Shown here: piece by piece, positions 59,798 through 64,000 of the stretch
Position numbering within the stretch: position 1 is the first letter of the stretch
Layout: each line of letters opens with the position of its first letter
Assembly: GCA_035287205.1 (NCBI GenBank)
Contig: DATEBV010000367.1
Location: 3,869 to 67,868, forward strand
Source: Chthoniobacterales bacterium
Lineage (GTDB): Bacteria > Verrucomicrobiota > Verrucomicrobiia > Chthoniobacterales > UBA6821
DNA length: 64,000 nt
Direction of reading: 5' to 3'
Notes under the pieces: generated by a model
What the model saw: only the letters and a program-made list of their open reading frames with translations
Database searches by the model: none
What the model was told of the DNA's origin: nothing
Program-made: the position numbers and the translations under genes

Positions 59798-62700
59798 ATG
59801 AAAAAACTCTTCTTTACCTCTCTCTTTGCTGTTTTAATCCGTACAGGCTTCCTTGTAGCACAAGATAATTATCAGGTGACAGGAAGCAGGGAACAGGGAA
59901 CAAATTCCAATCAAACCACAGAACTGGTTCAGAATAACAGTAGGATAGCATTACCATTAAGAAACGATACAATTCCTATTTCCAATCTTCTCTCTTTTAC
60001 CTCCCTTTTGGACGTTACGCCCAAATTGATGATGAACCCTTCTCTTGAAGAGGAAACAAAGACTTTAGCAAAAGCTTTAGGAGTTTTGGGAAAAGGTGCA
60101 GTCGATGCTAAAGGAGTAATGGTAGGAGGTGAAAGTGGGGGAATCGGAGCCGTGGGAGCTATGAGAAGCAATGTTGATAGTACTATTTCGTCCAGTAATG
60201 TATTAAGACTTCGTGGTGGAGGACCTAAAAAAACTCAGCAATTTCAACCTAAGGGAGCTCTTAAATCAACGGGAGAGAGTAGTGAGGAAGGGGAGAGTGG
60301 ATCTGATCCTGATGCTTCAGCAGATGAAGATGTTTGTGACATGATTTATACTAATATAAAAGATTATATTAGGACAACGGGTATGGCTGATGTTGCAATT
60401 GATTTAGATAAAGAGAAACAACAAGCTACAAAAGAATTAAAAAAACAACAGGCACTGGCATTAAGTCGTACTCATGATGAGACGCGTTCTGTAGGAACAG
60501 TAGATAGTGAATGGATTCAAGATGCATTGTATAAGACAGCTCAAATGAAACTAGGAGCTACCTTAAAAAAAGAGCAAGCCGATTTACACAGTCTACACAG
60601 TCCCCATAGCCCATCTAGCAAAGATCAAGAGTTAGCGGCTAAAAAGAAAATGACCCTTTTACTCCATGGAAACTCACAATTAGCAGTAGAAAAGGCACAG
60701 CGGGCAAAAGAAGCTGCAGAAAACAATTTAAAAAAGGAAGATAAAGGCCATCAAAAGATACTTGTAAATCAGTATGCAACACCATTAGATCAAGAAAATT
60801 CCTCGCTGAATATGATTTGCCAGGAAGCTCTTGTAACGTATGCAACTGCTGATCATGAGTTTAAAAAAGCCAAGAGAGACATTGAAGAAGCACAGCTTGC
60901 TACGGTAAATGCAGAGTTGGCATTGCAAGAGGCACAACATATTGAAAGTGATCTCTCTTCACTTAATAAAGCAGTCTCTGCTTTAGAGCTTGCACGCGAA
61001 GAGGAGGAAAACCTAGAGCAGAAAACAGATCCTATAGCGAATGAAGCTTCAGCAAGAAATAGTTGGTGTGAGGCCTTGAAAAAGGCCTTTGAAACGGCAG
61101 TAGCAGCTAACGATTTAAGAGCAAAAATTCCATCCTTATCATTATTCTCTTCATCGCTATCATCTCAAGCAACAAAGTGGAATAAAATCCTACAAGAGGC
61201 TCAAGCTACAGAACAAGCTTGGAAAGAGGTGGTTGACGCATGTCGTAGTGCTCTTGATAAAAAACCTATTCGAAAGTCTAAAATTATTTGGGACAAAGAT
61301 CTGGAAGAAGCCGTTAATCAACAGATGCTATGGGAGACGAGGATTATTTGGTTCAAGATAGGACAAACTGTCGAAGAGGCTAAAGCATCTTCTGGATTAC
61401 AGAATTCAGAAGAGCTTCTTCAACAAGCCGAGGAAATGAGTTCTATTTATGATGATCTGTTAGGAACACTTCAAAGGAAACAGAACGAGACTCCAGCAAG
61501 ATTACAAACGTGGTGGAATCATGACCTTCAGCAAATAGAGGCTCAACGAGGAACCCATGAAAAGGAGGTAGCTAAATTAAGGGCAGCAGAAGCTCAGAGA
61601 AAAATAGAAGTGGAAAAAGCAAGATTGGCTGCAGAGCTCAATGAAGCAATTAGAAATTCCGATACGGTTTGGAATCATGCTCTTGAACTTAGTCACCAAG
61701 TGAATACTTCTAAAGTCTCAGCTGATAGAACCAGAACAGAAAATGCTTATCAAGAAGTGATGCGTCTTGCTGATAATGCTTCTGCTGCTTGGGTGCAGGC
61801 AGCAGAAGGAAAAAGAAATGTTCTATCTAAAACAACAGATACAAATCAAAGAGCTACGCTGAATAATAAAATTCAAGAAGCAACGAGTAAAAGAACAGAA
61901 TATACCCAACTTGCTAAAACAGCTCTTGCCAATGCTCAAGAAATAGCTAAGAAAATGGCTGAAGCACGCGAAGCGGAGCGCATTGCAAAAGAAAAAGCGG
62001 ATGCCCTAGCGGCTAAAGAATTAAGTGAAGCAATGAACATTGCACGTATTGCTTGGAATCATGCTGTTGACCTTAGTAGTCAAACTGATACTGCTAAATC
62101 CTCAGCTGATAGAATTCAAACAGAGAATGCCTATCAAGAAGTGAAAGGTCTTGCAGAGAATGCTATTATAATTTGGACAGAAGCAGAAATGGCACAGAAA
62201 AATGTTTTATCTAAAACAACAGACGTGAATCAAAAAGCTGCTTTAAATAGCAAAATTCAAGAAGCAATAAATAAGAAAAAGGAATATGCTCAACTTACTG
62301 CAATAGTAGTCAAAGAAATTCAAAAGAAAGAAGAAGCAGAAAAAGCAAGATTGGCTGCGGAGCTTAATGAAACAATTCGAAATGCTGATGTGGCTTGGAA
62401 TGATGCTCTTGAGCTTAGTCGCCAAGTGGATGCTGCTAAAGCTTCAGCAGATAGAATCCAAACAGAGAATGCCTATCAAGAAGTGAAGCGTCTTGCAGAG
62501 AACGCTGCTACTGCTTGGGTGAAAGCAGAGGAGGGAAAAAGAAATGTTCTATCTAAAACAGCAGGTGCGAATCAAAGAGCTACAGTGAGTAGTAAAATTC
62601 AAGAAGCAACGAATAAAAGAACAGAATACACTCAACTTTCCAAGCAAGCTCTTGCTAATGCTCAAGAAATAGCTAGGAAAGTGGCTGCTGCACGCGAAGT

Positions 62701-64000
62701 AGAGCGCATTGCAAAAGAAAAAGAGGCTGCCCAAGTTGCTAAAGAATTAAGCGAAGCAATTAACATTGCATGTGCTGTTTGGAACCATGCTATTGATCTT
62801 AGTAGTCGAACTGATGCTGCTAAAGCCTCAGCAGATAGAACCCAAGCAGAGAATGCTTATCAAGAAGTGAGGCGTCTTGCAGAGGATGTTGCAGCTGCTT
62901 GGATGAAAGCAGAAGAGACATTGAGGAATGTTTTATCTAAAACAACAGATATGAATCAAAAAGCTGTTTTAAATAATAAAATTCAAGAAACAGCAAATAA
63001 AAAGATCGAGTATACTCGATTTGCGACAACAGCTCTTGCCAATGCTCAAGAAGCAACAAGGAAAGCGGCTGAAATGAAAGCTCAGGCAAAAGCCGAAAAG
63101 AAACGCCTTCAAGAAGAAGCTAAAGCAGCTCAAGAGAGAGAAATTGCCGCTCAGTTAGCAAGGGAGAGAGCGGAATGGTTAGAAAAACAAAAGGGAGTTA
63201 AGACTGAAGTAGAGAGAAGAATAGGAGAAATAAGGGAGCGCATAGACTTAATAGAAAGAAAAAAAACAGAAGCTACAGAAACAAATCGCCTAGCATGGGA
63301 GAAGGTTGAAAGGGTCAATAATAAATGGATGGTAAGAGATAGTACAAGAACAACAGCTAAAGAAGCAGCGGAGAGTGCAACAGCTGATTTAGAACGAATC
63401 AAAGAAGAACAGAAAATAGTTGAAGCTGATTTGGCAAGATGTCAAGAGGTGATTAGAAGATGGGATAACTCGCCAAAAGAAAATGTAGCAGAAGTAATAA
63501 GAAAATTTCAAGAAGCACAATCAAAAGTCCAAACGACAATAGGAGATAATTCATCTTGTTGGCAAGAAGTTGCAATGTCTTTAGAAAAGAGTGCTGACTA
63601 TTGGAAGAGAGCATTTGAATTCCAAACAAATCAAACAGCTCTAGCCGTAGATTATAGCATGATTGCAGTTGAATCAGAACAAGCCGCAGAATATAGCAAA
63701 AGAGCAGCTGAGGTGTATGCGACTTTAGATGAAGATACGGAAGATAACAGAAAAGGAAATCGATGGAAACATGCAGGTCAATCTGCACAGTATAGTGCCG
63801 ATTGTAGGATGAAAGGAATTGAAGCAGGGCGTCTAGGAAAACAGGCGAATGTTCAAGAATATGCAACAGCAGCAGGAAAATTGCAACACGCTTCAATATT
63901 ATGCGTTCAAGCTGTACTAGATGGTCATATGTTGTGGAAGGAAGGTCCTATGCTCCAGTGGAGGCGAGGTCGTTTTCTCCAAGCAGAAGGAATAAGTGAG
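59798..64000 (+). CDS. Very large secreted coiled-coil repeat protein (3' end outside the window; missing from the ORF track)
   Basis: Manual translation from ATG 59798 (MKKLFFTSLFAVLIRTGFLVAQDN...) is stop-free to base 64000, at least 1,400 codons. K/E/A/Q-rich and heptad-like, with four 116/126-aa tandem units. All listed minus-strand ORFs here are shadows. Confidence 0.75.
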   Translation, partial: MKKLFFTSLFAVLIRTGFLVAQDNYQVTGSREQGTNSNQTTELVQNNSRIALPLRNDTIPISNLLSFTSLLDVTPKLMMNPSLEEETKTLAKALGVLGKGAVDAKGVMVGGESGGIGAVGAMRSNVDSTISSSNVLRLRGGGPKKTQQFQPKGALKSTGESSEEGESGSDPDASADEDVCDMIYTNIKDYIRTTGMADVAIDLDKEKQQATKELKKQQALALSRTHDETRSVGTVDSEWIQDALYKTAQMKLGATLKKEQADLHSLHSPHSPSSKDQELAAKKKMTLLLHGNSQLAVEKAQRAKEAAENNLKKEDKGHQKILVNQYATPLDQENSSLNMICQEALVTYATADHEFKKAKRDIEEAQLATVNAELALQEAQHIESDLSSLNKAVSALELAREEEENLEQKTDPIANEASARNSWCEALKKAFETAVAANDLRAKIPSLSLFSSSLSSQATKWNKILQEAQATEQAWKEVVDACRSALDKKPIRKSKIIWDKDLEEAVNQQMLWETRIIWFKIGQTVEEAKASSGLQNSEELLQQAEEMSSIYDDLLGTLQRKQNETPARLQTWWNHDLQQIEAQRGTHEKEVAKLRAAEAQRKIEVEKARLAAELNEAIRNSDTVWNHALELSHQVNTSKVSADRTRTENAYQEVMRLADNASAAWVQAAEGKRNVLSKTTDTNQRATLNNKIQEATSKRTEYTQLAKTALANAQEIAKKMAEAREAERIAKEKADALAAKELSEAMNIARIAWNHAVDLSSQTDTAKSSADRIQTENAYQEVKGLAENAIIIWTEAEMAQKNVLSKTTDVNQKAALNSKIQEAINKKKEYAQLTAIVVKEIQKKEEAEKARLAAELNETIRNADVAWNDALELSRQVDAAKASADRIQTENAYQEVKRLAENAATAWVKAEEGKRNVLSKTAGANQRATVSSKIQEATNKRTEYTQLSKQALANAQEIARKVAAAREVERIAKEKEAAQVAKELSEAINIACAVWNHAIDLSSRTDAAKASADRTQAENAYQEVRRLAEDVAAAWMKAEETLRNVLSKTTDMNQKAVLNNKIQETANKKIEYTRFATTALANAQEATRKAAEMKAQAKAEKKRLQEEAKAAQEREIAAQLARERAEWLEKQKGVKTEVERRIGEIRERIDLIERKKTEATETNRLAWEKVERVNNKWMVRDSTRTTAKEAAESATADLERIKEEQKIVEADLARCQEVIRRWDNSPKENVAEVIRKFQEAQSKVQTTIGDNSSCWQEVAMSLEKSADYWKRAFEFQTNQTALAVDYSMIAVESEQAAEYSKRAAEVYATLDEDTEDNRKGNRWKHAGQSAQYSADCRMKGIEAGRLGKQANVQEYATAAGKLQHASILCVQAVLDGHMLWKEGPMLQWRRGRFLQAEGISE
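61613..63064 (+). repeat. In-frame tandem repeats inside the giant coiled-coil gene (4 units of 378/348/378/348 nt; 726-nt super-period)
   Basis: Units start at 61613, 61991, 62339 and 62717. Recurrent core: WNHA..LS...D..K.SADR.QTENAYQEV..LAENA..AW...E....NVLSKTTD.NQ.A.LN.KIQEA.NK..EY. Confidence 0.85.

Noticed and set aside
59929-63896. Six minus-strand ORFs of 60-147 aa (59929-60171, 60639-60845, 62243-62425, 62549-62734, 63151-63402, 63453-63896)
   Set aside because: All lie antisense to the uninterrupted plus-strand coiled-coil ORF of more than 4.2 kb. Their Leu/Phe/Ser-rich composition is the complement of the GAA/AAA/GCT-rich sense codons.

Overview
AT-rich bacterial chromosomal window with 2 tRNAs, no rRNA and no CRISPR. 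I cannot place the taxon from sequence alone. A long-form IspG, many BNR, discoidin and FGE-type secreted proteins, and heavy repeat load would fit a host-associated or PVC-type Gram-negative, but that is weak inference.

Content by region:
- (i) 1-4.3 kb: 5'-truncated subtilase, BNR/sialidase-like protein, citrate synthase.
- (ii) About 4.6-38.3 kb: a roughly 34-kb surface-glycan locus. It holds four GT-C-like polytopic membrane proteins, a methyltransferase-GT2 fusion, galE, rmlA, rmlC, a Wzm/Wzt ABC exporter, GT2 and GT4 enzymes, and a GtrB-like polyprenyl-phosphate GT. It also holds sugar-modifying methyltransferase, epimerase, SDR and Gfo-Idh-MocA genes, a complete GDP-D-glycero-alpha-D-manno-heptose set (hddA, hddC, gmhA, gmhB) plus a transaldolase, and gmd and fcl.
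- (iii) Toxin-antitoxin modules: a VapBC-like pair next to tRNA-Thr, and three ParE/RelE-type cassettes. One is wedged between gmd and fcl. Two sit in a tandem segmental duplication, each followed by a secreted paralog, and one of those toxins is deleted.
- (iv) rseP, ispG, a 3D-domain lipoprotein, tandem APC permeases, tRNA-Phe, a DUF1328 peptide, an AddB-like PD-(D/E)XK nuclease, a discoidin plus glycoside-hydrolase-like protein, and an FGE-like protein.
- (v) A signal-peptide-bearing coiled-coil ORF of more than 1,400 aa (59798 to the window end) that is absent from the supplied ORF track because it has no stop in the window.

The most unusual property is a dense population of at least seven MITE-like palindromic repeat families, here called RE-1 to RE-7. 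One family shows perfect 8-bp target-site duplications and an empty paralogous site. Several families sit inside coding sequences and are read through in frame, as Rickettsia RPEs are. Others donate start codons and N-termini, a signal-peptide core, C-terminal tails or stop codons. No transposase is present in the window.
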